Source: Eledone cirrhosa (taxonomy: Eukaryota). Taken from it: 64,000 nt of DNA. Below the pieces are notes generated by a model. That model made no database searches and was not told the origin of the DNA. It saw nothing but the letters and a program-made list of their open reading frames with translations. The stretch covers positions 20,398,001 to 20,462,000 of the forward strand of contig OZ024745.1 in NCBI GenBank assembly GCA_964016885.1, written 5' to 3'. This document shows positions 32,161 through 46,332 of the stretch, one piece after another (positions within the stretch are counted from its first letter, which is position 1; the number at the start of each line of letters is the position of its first letter). The translations under genes were made by a program, and so were the position numbers.

Positions 32161-35100
32161 TATTTGTCCGAAAGCCATCGTTGGGCTTGGCTGTGGTGCT
32201 CTTGTCATCCTCTTCAACATAGAGGGGATTTAGTTGTCCGAAAGCCATCGTTGGGCTTGGCTGTGGTGCTCTAGTCATCCTCTTCAACATAGAGGGGATT
32301 TAGTTGTCCGAAAGCCATCGTTGGGCTTGGCTGTGGTGCTCTAGTCATCCTCTTCAACATAGAGGGGATTTAGTTGTCCGAAAGCCATCGTTGGGCTTGG
32401 CTGTGGTGCTCTAGTCATCCTCTTCAACATAGAGGGGATTTAGTTGTCCAAAAGTCATCGTTGGGCTTAGCTGTGGTGCTCTAGTCATCCTCTTCAACAT
32501 AGAGGGGATTTAGTTGTCCGAAAGCCATCGTTGGGCTTAGCTGTGGTGCTCTAGTCATCCTCTTCAACATAGAGGGGATTTAGTTGTCCGAAAGCCATCG
32601 TTGGGCTTAGCTGTGGTGCTCTAGTCATCCTCTTCAACATAGAGGGGATTTAGTTGTCCGAAAGCCATCGTTGGGCTTGGCTGTGGTGCTCTAGTCATCC
32701 TCTTCAACATAGAGGGGATTTAGTTGTCCGAAAGCCATCGTTGGGCTTGGCTGTGGTGCTCTTGTCATCCTCTTCAACATAGAGGGGATTTAGTTGTCCG
32801 AAAGCCATCGTTGGGCTTGGCTGTGGTGCTCTAGTCATCCTCTTCAACATAGAGGGGATTTAGTTGTCCGAAAGCCATCGTTGGGCTTGGCTGTGGTGCT
32901 CTAGTCATCCTCTTCAACATAGAGGGGATTTAGTTGTCCGAAAGCCATCGTTGGGCTTAGCTGTGGTGCTCTAGTCATCCTCTTCAACATAGAGGGGATT
33001 TAGTTGTCCGAAAGCCATCGTTGGGCTTGGCTGTGGTGCTCTAGTCATCCTCTTCAACATAGAGGGGATTTAGTTGTCCGAAAGCCATCGTTGGGCTTGG
33101 CTGTGGTGCTCTTGTCATCCTCTTCAACATAGAGGGGATTTAGTTGTCCGAAAGCCATCGTTGGGCTTGGCTGTGGTGCTCTAGTCATCCTCTTCAACAT
33201 AGAGGGGATTTAGTTGTCCGAAAGCCATCGTTGGGCTTGGCTGTGGTGCTCTTGTCATCCTCTTCAACATAGAGGGGATTTAGTTGTCCGAAAGCCATCG
33301 TTGGGCTTGGCTGTGGTGCTCTAGTCATCCTCTTCAACATAGAGGGGATTTAGTTGTCCGAAAGCCATCGTTGGGCTTAGCTGTGGTGCTCTAGTCATCC
33401 TCTTCAACATAGAGGGGATTTAGTTGTCCGAAAGCCATCGTTGGGCTTGGCTGTGGTGCTCTAGTCATCCTCTTCAACATAGAGGGGATTTAGTTGTCCG
33501 AAAGCCATCGTTGGGCTTGGCTGTGGTGCTCTTGTCATCCTCTTCAACATAGAGGGGATTTAGTTGTCCGAAAGCCATCGTTGGGCTTGGCTGTGGTGCT
33601 CTAGTCATCCTCTTCAACATAGAGGGGATTTAGTTGTCCGAAAGCCATCGTTGGGCTTGGCTGTGGTGCTCTAGTCATCCTCTTCAACATAGAGGGGATT
33701 TAGTTGTCCGAAAGCCATCGTTGGGCTTGGCTGTGGTGCTCTTGTCATCCTCTTCAACATAGAGGGGATTTAGTTGTCCGAAAGCCATCGTTGGGCTTGG
33801 CTGTGGTGCTCTAGTCATCCTCTTCAACATAGAGGGGATTTAGTTGTCCGAAAGCCATCGTTGGGCTTGGCTGTGGTGCTCTTGTCATCCTCTTCAACAT
33901 AGAGGGGATTTAGTTGTCCGAAAGCCATCGTTGGGCTTGGCTGTGGTGCTCTAGTCATCCTCTTCAACATAGAGGGGATTTAGTTGTCCGAAAGCCATCG
34001 TTGGGCTTGGCTGTGATGCTCTTGTCATCCTCTTCAACATAGAGGGGATTTAGTTGTCCGAAAGCCATCGCTGGGCTTGGCTGTGGTGCTCTAGTCATCC
34101 TCTTCAACATAGAGGGGATTTAGTTGTCCGAAAGCCATCGTTGGGCTTGGCTGTGGTGCTCTAGTCATCCTCTTCAACATAGAGGGGATTTAGTTGTCCG
34201 AAAGCCATCGTTGGGCTTAGCTGTGGTGCTCTAGTCATCCTCTTCAACATAGAGGGGATTTAGTTGTCCGAAAGCCATCGTTGGGCTTGGCTGTGGTGCT
34301 CTTGTCATCCTCTTCAACATAGAGGGGATTTAGTTGTCCGAAAGCCATCGTTGGGCTTGGCTGTGGTGCTCTAGTCCTCCTCTTCAACATAGAGGGGATT
34401 TAGTTGTCCGAAAGCCATCGTTGGGCTTGGCTGTGGTGCTCTAGTCCTCCTCTTCAACATAGAGGGGATTTAGTTGTCCGAAAGCCATCGTTGGGCTTGG
34501 CTGTGGTGCTCTAGTCCTCCTCTTCAACATAGAGGGGATTTAGTTGTCCGAAAGCCATCGTTGGGCTTGGCTGTGGTGCTCTAGTCATCCTCTTCAACAT
34601 AGAGGGGATTTAGTTGTCCGAAAGCCATCGTTGGGCGTAGCTGTGGTGCTCTAGTCATCCTCTTCAACATAGAGGGGATTTAGTTGTCCGAAAGCCATCG
34701 TTGGGTTTAGCTGTGGTGCTCTAGTCATCCTCTTCAACATAGAGGGGATTTAGTTGTCCGAAAGCCATCGTTGGGCTTGGCTGTGGTGCTCTTGTCATCC
34801 TCTTCAACATAGAGGGGATTTAGTTGTCCGAAAGCCATCGTTGGGCTTGGCTGTGGTGCTCTAGTCCTCCTCTTCAACATAGAGGGGATTTAGTTGTCCG
34901 AAAGCCATCGTTGGGCTTGGCTGTGGTGCTCTAGTCCTCCTCTTCAACATAGAGGGGATTTAGTTGTCCGAAAGCCATCGTTGGGCTTGGCTGTGGTGCT
35001 CTAGTCATCCTCTTCAACATAGAGGGGATTTAGTTGTCCGAAAGCCATCGTTGGGCTTAGCTGTGGTGCTCTTGTCATCCTCTTCAACATAGAGGGGATT

Positions 35101-38100
35101 TAGTTGCCCGAAAGCCATCGTTGGGCTTAGCTGTGGTGCTCTAGTCATCCTCTTCAACATAGAGGGGATTTAGTTGTCCAAAAGCCATCGTTGGGCTTGG
35201 CTGTGGTGCTCTAGTCATCCTCTTCAACATAGAGGGGATTTAGTTTTCCAAAAGCCATCGTTGGGCTTGGCTGTGGTGCTCTTGTCATCCTCTTCAACAT
35301 AGAGGGGATTTAGTTGTCCGAAAGCCATCGTTGGGCTTGGCTGTGGTGCTCTAGTCATCCTCTTCAACATAGAGGGGATTTAGTTGTCCGAAAGCCATCG
35401 TTGGGCTTGGCTGTGGTGCTCTAGTCATCCTCTTCAACATAGAGGGGATTTAGTTGTCCGAAAGCCATCGTTGGGCTTAGCTGTGGTGCTCTAGTCATCC
35501 TCTTCAACATAGAGGGGATTTAGTTGTCCGAAAGCCATCGTTGGGCTTGGCTGTGGTGCTCTAGTCATCCTCTTCAACATAGAGGGGATTTAGTTGTCCG
35601 AAAGCCATCGTTGGGCTTGGCTGTGGTGCTCTTGTCATCCTCTTCAACATAGAGGGGATTTAGTTGTCCGAAAGCCATCGTTGGGCTTGGCTGTGGTGCT
35701 CTAGTCATCCTCTTCAACATAGAGGGGATTTAGTTGTCCGAAAGCCATCGTTGGGCTTAGCTGTGGTGCTCTAGTCATCCTCTTCAACATAGAGGGGATT
35801 TAGTTGTCCGAAAGCCATCGTTGGGCTTGGCTGTGGTGCTCTAGTCATCCTCTTCAACATAGAGGGGATTTAGTTGTCCGAAAGCCATCGTTGGGCTTGG
35901 CTGTGGTGCTCTTGTCATCCTCTTCAACATAGAGGGGATTTAGTTGTCCGAAAGCCATCGTTGGGCTTGGCTGTGGTGCTCTAGTCATCCTCTTCAACAT
36001 AGAGGGGATTTAGTTGTCCGAAAGCCATCGTTGGGCTTAGCTGTGGTGCTCTAGTCATCCTCTTCAACATAGAGGGGATTTAGTTGTCCGAAAGCCATCG
36101 TTGGGCTTGGCTGTGGTGCTCTTGTCATCCTCTTCAACATAGAGGGGATTTAGTTGCCCGAAAGCCATCGTTGGGCTTGGCTGTGGTGCTCTTGTCATCC
36201 TCTTCAACATAGAGGGGATTTAGTTGTCCGAAAGCCATCGTTGGGCTTGGCTGTGGTGCTCTTGTCATCCTCTTCAACATAGAGGGGATTTAGTTGTCCG
36301 AAAGCCATCGTTGGGCTTGGCTGTGGTGCTCTAGTCATCCTCTTCAACATAGAGGGGATTTAGTTGTCCGAAAGCCATCGTTGGGCTTAGCTGTGGTGCT
36401 CTAGTCATCCTCTTCAACATAGAGGGGATTTAGTTGTCCGAAAGCCATCGTTGGGCTTGGCTGTGGTGCTCTAGTCATCCTCTTCAACATAGAGGGGATT
36501 TAGTTGTCCGAAAGCCATCGTTGGGCTTGGCTGTGGTGCTCTTGTCATCCTCTTCAACATAGAGGGGATTTAGTTGTCCGAAAGCCATCGTTGGGCTTGG
36601 CTGTGGTGCTCTAGTCATCCTCTTCAACATAGAGGGGATTTAGTTGTCCGAAAGCCATCGTTGGGCTTAGCTGTGGTGCTCTAGTCATCCTCTTCAACAT
36701 AGAGGGGATTTAGTTGTCCGAAAGCCATCGTTGGGCTTGGCTGTGGTGCTCTTGTCATCCTCTTCAACATAGAGGGGATTTAGTTGCCCGAAAGCCATCG
36801 TTGGGCTTGGCTGTGGTGCTCTTGTCATCCTCTTCAACATAGAGGGGATTTAGTTGTCCAAAAGCCATCGTTGGGCTTGGCTGTGGTGCTCTTGTCATCC
36901 TCTTCAACATAGAGGGGATTTAGTTGTCCAAAAGCCATCGTTGGGCTTGGCTGTGGTGCTCTTGTCATCCTCTTCAACATAGAGGGGATTTAGTTGTCCA
37001 AAAGCCATCGTTGGGCTTGGCTGTGGTGCTCTTGTCATCCTCTTCAACATAGAGGGGATTTAGTTGTCCAAAAGCCATCGTTGGGCTTGGCTGTGGTGCT
37101 CTTGTCATCCTGTTCAACATAGAGGGGATTTAGTTGTCCAAAAGCCATCGTTGGGCTTGGCTGTGGTGCTCTAGTCATCCTCTTCAACATAGAGGGGATT
37201 TAGTTGTCCAAAAGCCATCGTTGGGCTTGGCTGTGGTGCTCTAGTCATCCTCTTCAACATAGAGGGGATTTAGTTGTCCGAAAGCCATCGTTGGGCTTAG
37301 CTGTGGTGCTCTAGTCATCCTCTTCAACATAGAGGGGATTTAGTTGTCCAAAAGCCATCGTTGGGCTTGGCTGTGGTGCTCTAGTCATCCTCTTCAACAT
37401 AGAGGGGATTTAGTTGCCCGAAAGCCATCGTTGGGCTTGGCTGTGGTGCTCTAGTCATCCTCTTCAACATAGAGGGGATTTAGTTGCCCGAAAGCCATCG
37501 TTGGGCTTGGCTGTGGTGCTCTTGTCATCCTCTTCAACATAGAGGGGATTTAGTTGTCCAAAAGCCATCGTTGGGCTTGGCTGTGGTGCTCTTGTCATCC
37601 TCTTCAACATAGAGGGGATTTAGTTGTCCAAAAGCCATCGTTGGGCTTGGCTGTGGTGCTCTTGTCATCCTCTTCAACATAGAGGGGATTTAGTTGTCCG
37701 AAAGCCATCGTTGGGCTTGGCTGTGGTGCTCTAGTCATCCTCTTCAACATAGAGGGGATTTAGTTGTCCAAAAGCCATCGTTGGGCTTGGCTGTGGTGCT
37801 CTAGTCATCCTCTTCAACATAGAGGGGATTTAGTTGTCCAAAAGCCATTGTTGGGCTTGGCTGTGGTGCTCTTGTCATCCTCTTCAACATAGAGGGGATT
37901 TAGTTTTCCAAAAGCCATCGTTGGACTTGGCTGTGGTGCTCTAGTCACCCTCTTCAACATAGAGGGGATTTAGTTGTCCAAAAGCCATCGTTGGGCTTGG
38001 CTGTGGTGCTCTTGTCATCCTCTTCAACATAGAGGGGATTTAGTTGCCCGAAAGCCATCGTTGGGCTTGGCTGTGGTGCTCTAGTCATCCACTTCAACAT

Positions 38101-38110
38101 AGAGGGGATT
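32161..38110. repeat. 70-bp satellite, 85 units
   Basis: tagttgtccgaaagccatcgttgggcttggctgtggtgctctagtcatcctcttcaacatagaggggatt in constant register over 5950 bp. Confidence 0.98.
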
Positions 38111-38262
38111 TCATCTAAGTTATATTGTTTCTCTATAAATACAAGTTACATTTCTCAAAATCACACTGTCCTTAACCGCGTAGCGATAAACACACACACA
38201 CACACATACACACACACACATAAATATATACACCCATTTACAATCAACTAAAATATAATGTA

Positions 38263-38322
<60 letters not shown>

Positions 38323-38879
38323 ATATATGGTGGCTGCCAACTCGTTTTCGAGTACGGCCACTACTTTATATCCATGTAGGAGAACGCCTACCAATGCGCT
38401 GAACGAGTGTGACTTTTTAGTCCAGCCAGCGACTTGAAAACTCTGGTACAAACACTACACTTGTGACAATTACTGACACATAGTGCTGGGCCCATGGTAC
38501 CATGTGACGACAGGTGCAGAAAGATCTCCAGATATAAAGCAATGCCTGTGCCGTGAAGCTTTTATAGTGAGCAAAGGCACTGCACAAAGCCAGTCCCACT
38601 CTCTTAACCAAGAAGATATTTACCAAAAAGAAGAACAAGTCAACATCATTGGATACCATCAGGGTTGCAGGTGTTATATCAGAGTTTTCCTTCTCCTAGA
38701 ATTCTGTCTTGACAAAGGCTAAGGGGTCATCTCTCCCGGTGATTTTGGATGGCCATTGACTCTTAAGAGCTCCTTTGCCCTTTGACAGGTTTTGTTTTTA
38801 GTCCTGCAGGATGTCCAAAGTCACCCTCCTCACCAAGCAACCTTGGTGGGGTTGCCAGTTTAGTCACCAACGACCCGAT
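38263..38879 (-). mobile_element. RTE-related non-autonomous retroelement with (GTA)n tail
   Basis: Minus strand has ctaggagaaggaaaactctga (RTE 5'UTR-like) and ends ggccgtactcgaaaacgagttggcagccacc followed by (GTA)n; no ORF. Confidence 0.6.
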
Positions 38880-39157
38880 ACATATATACATACATATATA
38901 CATACATACATGAGTATATACATACATCCGTATATACATACATACATATATACATATATACATGCGTATATACATACATCCGTATATACATACATACATA
39001 TACACATAGCTATCTATGTAGATTATTTGACAGGAATATGTAATAAGTTGTGTAAACAGGTGTTGCAGTCTAGACTTAAAGAAATCTTTCATGCTAAATT
39101 ACTCCTAAGCCTCACTAAATGTGTTTCTCTTATATAATATTTTGTTAAGATATGTCG

Positions 39158-39375
39158 CCTTCTTCTTCTTCTTCTTCTTCTTCTTCTTCTTCTTCTTCTT
39201 CTTCTTCTTCTTCTTCTTCTTCTTCTTCTTCTTCTTCTTCTTCTTCTTCTCCTCCCCCTCCCTCCTCCTCCTCCTCCTCCTCCCACCCAGAGTTCTCAAA
39301 CACTCCTTCCAGTGTGTCTTGTCAGGAGCAACTGTCTCCAACTGATCCACCTGATAGTGATATGGCCACCAGATA
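39158..39375 (-). mobile_element. RTE LINE extreme 3' relic with (GAA)n tail
   Basis: Peptide QLETVAPDKTHWKECLR precedes (GAG)n(GAA)n. Confidence 0.5.
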
Positions 39376-40219
39376 CGATGGTTAGTTACGATATAAGCGG
39401 GTGGTTGTCGGACGAATAAGTAAATCCGGACAGACAGAGGTAAACTACTAGGGGAGACGGAGCAATGGGTGACACCTGTAGCTCGAAAGAAAACTCTCGC
39501 AACTCAATGGTGTTGCTATGATGAGGGGAGTAAAGGTCTCCTCTAAAAAAATCATAGTCTTCGCCGATAAAAATACAAATTTATGAGGAGGTTCAAATTC
39601 GATGTTTTTGTGGTACCCAGTGGGAAGCTTTCTCGATTCTGATTCTTACAGATAGATTGAGTTTATTTGTAAAATTGTCTTTAGGGTTTATCTTCACGAT
39701 ATAGTTTTATAGGTTTTCAGTTGATAGAAATTGACTTAAATCGTCTCATGGGTTGAAACCACCATCTGAACCTTTGGTGCCGTTAGCAGAAGGAATTCTC
39801 TTGTAAACAATGGAGCCAAATCTCCCGTCTGAGAATAACTTTCTCCTTCACACCAGTTTCGGTGGCCTTGATAACGTAATAGGAACTGATCTTCCTCCTC
39901 TCTATGTATATATGGACTTGAGAGGTTTGAGGTAATAGACAAACGAGAAGAGCAACACTTATTTCCACGTCAAGAGACATCATCTCTATCATCAAGATAT
40001 GATTAATATAGAATGTTTATTGAGATAACAAAAAGTCATAACATATTAGAGAATCTATAATGATAAACAAATTTAACGTGAGAAAATAAGAATAAGTTTA
40101 ACCAGAACAAACAAATATGTTTGAATGTCAAGGCTGTTTAAGGAAAACTATAACCAAGTCTAACTATGTGAAAAGTAAATATAGGTAAATATGTTAAAAA
40201 ATACAAATCTGATAGGCAT

Positions 40220-40470
40220 ATAAAAATGGGGTAGGCTGACTATGAAGGAGTGATGTTAAAGCTGTCAAATCTTGCAGACATTAATTTTAACTCTTCGTAT
40301 TAATAACTGCATTGTTTTCTTCCAGGTAAACTGACATCTCACTGTTCAAAAAAGACTTCAAAATGGACAAAATTTGGCATCATTGTGTTATCAAGTACTT
40401 GTCGAGAATAGTTTAGACCCCAAGGATATCCATGCTGACATCGTTGCTATATTAGGGAATGACACTCCAG
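40220..40470 (+). mobile_element. Mariner transposon 5' relic (transposase N-terminus)
   Basis: ATG at 40363: MDKIWHHCVIKYL...PKDIHADIVAILGNDTP, mariner HTH-like, frameshifted. Confidence 0.7.
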
Positions 40471-40971
40471 GTAGATCTTTAAAAATAAAAATGCAAATCT
40501 GATAGATATAGATGAGATTTAAAAAAATTACATATGTGATAAGCTTAGGTGAATATTTAAAAGATACAAAACTGAATCGACAGTTAATGAGAGTTTAAAA
40601 AAGGTTTAAAACACTTCTTACGTACTCGGATATAACTCTCAATATTCCTCAATATTGCGTAAAGAGGAATAAATGAAGAAACACAAAAACAACAACAACA
40701 TAAAAATAAAGTAGAATAAGAAAAAACAAAGAGCCCCAAAAATGGTAATAAAAAAATCAATAGAAAAAAAAAAATCAAAACAAAACAAAACACAAAAACC
40801 AAAAAGACCAGAAGAAAATTGTTTAAACGTGAAAGATGTTAGAGTGTTCTCTGATCGTTGAATAGCGTTCGTGTGAAGTGTCAGACAAGTCAGGTGTTAC
40901 TTGAAGTTTTATAATACATCCTAGGAAACGTTAGCAACTATACCTTATGTGCACACAGAGGAAACGTCTGC

Positions 40972-41057
<86 letters not shown>

Positions 41058-41210
41058 TATATATACAGTATATATATATATGCACTCTGAGGATTATATA
41101 TTTTAGAAATCATACATATTCAATTACTGTTTTATGTATATCGAATACATACATCTTGTGTGTATGTGTGTATGTATGTACATATATATATATATATATA
41201 TAATATATAT

Positions 41211-41265
<55 letters not shown>

Positions 41266-41349
41266 TATAAGAGTATATATATGTGTTTGTATATATATAT
41301 ATATATATGTGTGTGTAATATATAAGATTATATATATAGTATATAAGAG

Positions 41350-41382
<33 letters not shown>

Positions 41383-41433
41383 GTGTGTGTGTGTAATATA
41401 TAAGATTATATATATATATAGTATATAAGAGTA

Positions 41434-41471
<38 letters not shown>

Positions 41472-41547
41472 CTCTTATATACTATATATATAATCTTATA
41501 TATTACACACACATATATATATATATATACAAACACATATATATACT

Positions 41548-41633
<86 letters not shown>

Positions 41634-41719
41634 TATAAGAGTATATATATGTGTTTGTATATATATATATATATATGTGTGTGTGTAATATATAAGATTA
41701 TATATATAGTATATAAGAG

Positions 41720-41776
<57 letters not shown>

Positions 41777-41827
41777 GTGTGTGTGTCTAATATATAAGAT
41801 TATATATATATATAGTATATAAGAGTA

Positions 41828-41889
<62 letters not shown>

Positions 41890-41904
41890 TATATATATAC
41901 AGTC

Positions 41905-41955
41905 AGCTTCCTGATGATTTCTCACGAATGAAACAGTTCTAGTCCTGTAGAAGCT
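41905..41955 (+). ncRNA. Type I hammerhead ribozyme with all three stems
   Basis: agcttc-CTGATGA-t-ttc(tcac)gaa-t-GAAA-cag(ttctagtc)ctg-TA-gaagct; GUA site, predicted cut after 41949. Confidence 0.8.
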
Positions 41956-42132
41956 CTTCTATATTAAAACTATATATATATATATATATGAAAAGTGTAA
42001 TTTTCTACACAAAGCGAAGGTTATAGAGAAAATTGAGGTTGGTAATGGCACATGGAATATATAAGAGACAGAATACTTTTTTGTGAAAAAACATAATTTT
42101 ATAAGGTAAGGAAATAATAAAGGGTATAAAAA

Positions 42133-42175
42133 ATGACCGGTTTCGATGGGTCTGCAAAAGCCATCTTTTCAAATG
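42133..42175 (-). ncRNA. Degenerate minimal hammerhead motif
   Basis: Minus strand ttgaaaa-gatgg...ccatc-GAAACCGGTC; 5' core mutated. Confidence 0.4.
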
Positions 42176-42631
42176 TTGATTAATATTAAGAAAAATTAAT
42201 AATACGAAGAGTTAAAATTTGAGACTTGAAAATTCAAGTATAAAATTCATTGTGGGATTTCATAGCAGTTTTCATCTTGGTAGCAACAACAGGTTGACTG
42301 CTGTGTCCCTTTCTGGTAGTGAATGAGAAGTTATTTGGGGTGTGGGTTATTTTATAAAGGTCAGATTTAGCAATCGCCAGCTGCTGGTCAGTGAGGAGGT
42401 GGAAGCAATATACATACACATATCTTCCTGTGATGGGTAGGAGAGTGGAGCGTGATAGAAAGGGATTTAGTGCACTTACACCTATATATACACACATACC
42501 TTCATCCACACATACATACATATACATATACATATATATATATATATATATATACATATACACACATACATACACACACACATACATATACATACACACA
42601 TACACACACACACATATATATATATACACAT

Positions 42632-42690
<59 letters not shown>

Positions 42691-42757
42691 TATATATACA
42701 TACACATACATCCAGATACACACATACATACACACACACACACACATATATATATAT

Positions 42758-42790
<33 letters not shown>

Positions 42791-43394
42791 CCCCCCCCCC
42801 ACACATACATACACACACACACACATATATATATATACATACACACATACAAACATACACACACACATATATATACACACACATACACACACATATATAT
42901 ACACACACACACACACACGCATATATATATATATATATATACACATACGCATACATCCAGATACCCACATACATACACACACACGCACACACAATACATA
43001 CATCCACATGCACACACATACACACACACACACATATACACATACATACACCCACACACAGAGAAATGGTCTTCAAATATATATATATATATATACATAC
43101 AGACACATATATTTTTTCCATAATATAAGAAGTTGGGGCAGTGAAATTAAAATACAAGTCATTCTGATCACATTGAGTTCTTCATGTAGATTGGGCCCCG
43201 CAACCGACAGTGGTGAATTCTGTGTGCGCATATATATATAGATATATGTGTGTGCACGTGCAGGGTTTAACATGGATGTGTTGGTCACACAAAGGCATGG
43301 TCTGTCAATGAATAAACCTGATTCTACAGAATTGGTCTCTGGTCTTTAATAGTAGTGATTCCGTGCGTATGTGTGTTTATATTTTATGACAATT

Positions 43395-44458
43395 CTATTG
43401 GGGTGATAACCCGTTTAGTTTTGGTTTAAATTTGTTAAGGAATAGATTTTCTTTGTTTATTCTTTGTTGCTGTGTGAACGAATCTGAGCACTTGTAGAAG
43501 GGGAAGATTTTAAAGTTGGGTAGTGTCATTCCTGCGCAGTTCGCAATATGGCTGCTCAAGGGGATTTTTCTTGTGTTAGCGTCCCGGATTTGTTGGCGGT
43601 GGATGGTCATTCTTTTGCGTAATGAGGTGCCCGTCTGTCCTATGTAGTTGTGTTTGCACCCACCGCAAGTTATTGCGTAAATCAAGTTCTCCGAGTTGCA
43701 GGTGAAATTGTTTTTTACTGTAAATGTTTGGCCATCTTTGAATGTAAATGTTTGTCCTTCAGTGAGGTAGAGGCACGTTCCACAGTTTGTTCTACCACAT
43801 TTGGTAACTGTAGGGTTGAGGATTGGTTTGGGTATATTTGGTCCAGTGAGAATGCGTTTAAGTGATTTGGGTTGTCTTTTACTTTTAAGGATCTTGTGTG
43901 TTTCAAGAATAGACTTCATTTTTACATCTTTAAGTAGGATGGGGAGGTTTTTGTGTAGGTGATCAAACATTTCGGTATTTCTGGGGTTGAAAGTGGATAC
44001 ATATGGCAGGGTGTTGAGTGTGGTTTTCTGTTTTGGATTGTTAAGTTGATGGGGATTTAGGTGTTTTGCCCTGTCTATTCCATTGTCGATTATTTCAAGT
44101 GGAAAGGCTCTTAAGATAAGGGTGTCTTTTAGTTCCTTTAGTCTTTGCTCCCGTTTAGGTGGATCTGATACTATGGTACATATACGTTTGGCCAAATTGT
44201 AAGGAATGTTAAGTTTTGTATGTTTTGGGTGACTTGATGTGAAAAAGAGGTATTGCTTGGAATCTGTGGGTTTATAGAATATATCTGTATCTAATTTCCC
44301 GTCTATTACAGAGATGAGAATATCCAAGAAGGCTAATTCCTTAGGATTGGATTCCATTGTGAATTGTATGTTATTATCTATGTTGTTTATCATGTTTTTA
44401 AACGTAGTAAGTGAGTTCATGTCTTCTTGCCATAGGATAAAGCAGTCGTCTAGATATA
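43395..44458 (-). mobile_element. 5'-truncated Penelope-like element ORF: RT C-terminus, thumb, Cys linker, GIY-YIG endonuclease
   Basis: YLDDCFILW, LAFLDI, FYKPTDSKQYLFFTSSHP, KCGRTNCGTC, NLIYAITCGGCKHNYIGQT..SLRKRM..H; open for about 350 codons. Confidence 0.92.
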
Positions 44459-44519
44459 TATATATAGCCATGACTAAATTATAACCATCAACATAGTCAA
44501 GGTATGTCAGGCATGAACT

Positions 44520-44585
44520 TATTTTATCTGATGAGGACGTAATGTTGAAATACCTCAGTATCTCTGAAATATGTATAATAAAATA
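44520..44585 (+). ncRNA. Type I minimal hammerhead, family H1
   Basis: tattttat-CTGATGA-stem II-GAAA-tatgtATA-ataaaata with an 8-bp stem I. Confidence 0.75.
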
Positions 44586-44627
44586 TATTTGATCACATAA
44601 TTGTCTATGTTTATCAATATTCTGAAG

Positions 44628-44661
<34 letters not shown>

Positions 44662-44671
44662 GTACATATAT

Positions 44672-44765
<94 letters not shown>

Positions 44766-44769
44766 GTAC

Positions 44770-44841
<72 letters not shown>

Positions 44842-45117
44842 ATATATATGTACGTACATATATATACATACACACATACATATATATATGTATGTATATA
44901 TACATACATACATAAAACATAGTTGGGAAATGTTACTAGTTGTTTTGCATATGTTAAAGGGATAGATGTGGTAAAGATTCTATACGTTAATCCCCCCCTC
45001 CCCCCATCTGTTGCCAGATTAGTCTGTACGTGAAGGATTGTATAGCTAACTGTAATATATCTTCTATAAGGAAATATGTGTTGTGCACACATGCACACAC
45101 ACCCAAATAGCTTTCCC

Positions 45118-45259
<142 letters not shown>

Positions 45260-45404
45260 ATATATTTAAAGTTAAACAAGGTTCAATGAATAAATCAAAG
45301 AAAGAGTTTTACAATAAATTGGAAGCACTCAACAAGAATGGTTTTCCATAGTTATTAATATTAATTCAAAATATTAACAAAATAGATATTCTTGTGATCA
45401 AGTA

Positions 45405-45471
45405 TATTTTATTATACATATTTCAGAGGTACTGAGTTAAGTTCAACAGTACGACCTCATCAGATAAAATA
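45405..45471 (-). ncRNA. Type I minimal hammerhead, family H1
   Basis: Minus strand tattttat-CTGATGA-ggtc-gtactg...cagtac-ctct-GAAA-tatgtATA-ataaaata. Confidence 0.75.
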
Positions 45472-45795
45472 AGATGATGCATGACATACCCTGACATAGT
45501 AGATGGTTAAGATTCAGTGATGGTAGTGAGTAATATGACAAAACTCAATATTTATATACCTTAATATTGAAAACATGAGAAAAATATATAATACATACAA
45601 TAGAGAGGGTGCATGTGAGAAAGCTTAAAAAATACTTGGCATCAATATAATTGTTAAATAATTTAAATTACTGAAGAAAGAGGAAAGAAAAGAAAAGCAT
45701 AGAGGAAGAAACAGATGAGATTCCAACCAAAATGGTTGCATTTTTTCAGTCAATATTTTCATGTCAATATTTATTTATAAAACTAACCTATATTA

Positions 45796-45861
45796 TATTT
45801 TATCTGATGAAAGCGCACCATAGTTTGCCTTGGTGGCCCTTGAAATATGTATAATGAAATA
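45796..45861 (+). ncRNA. Type I minimal hammerhead, family H1
   Basis: tattttat-CTGATGA-aagcgcacca...tggtggccctt-GAAA-tatgtATA-atgaaata. Confidence 0.78.
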
Positions 45862-46082
45862 AATATGGTTTTATAAATATTGTATATATATATATACATA
45901 TGTATATAATGTGTGTTAGAACATTCGTATAGACTAGACAGAGACTAAAGATGATTGTGATATAATTCAGATATATACGTCATAGTTATTATTTGTGAAG
46001 ACTTCTTCGTCAGAATTTAAGTATGATTGATGATTCTTCGTTATTGCTTACGTAGAGAAATAAGCTACATATACATATGCAT

Positions 46083-46142
<60 letters not shown>

Positions 46143-46178
46143 CACACACATATATATATATATACACACATATGCATG

Positions 46179-46209
<31 letters not shown>

Positions 46210-46211
46210 GC

Positions 46212-46253
<42 letters not shown>

Positions 46254-46255
46254 GC

Positions 46256-46332
<77 letters not shown>

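Noticed and set aside
32161-38110. CRISPR array, coding repeat or twister ribozyme
   Set aside because: No unique spacers; 70 is not a multiple of 3 and stops recur; the twister-like words CCAAGCCC and GAGGG lie on opposite strands
39420-40010. Possible LTR-element or exon sequence
   Set aside because: No recognisable motif, terminal repeat or consistent splice signals
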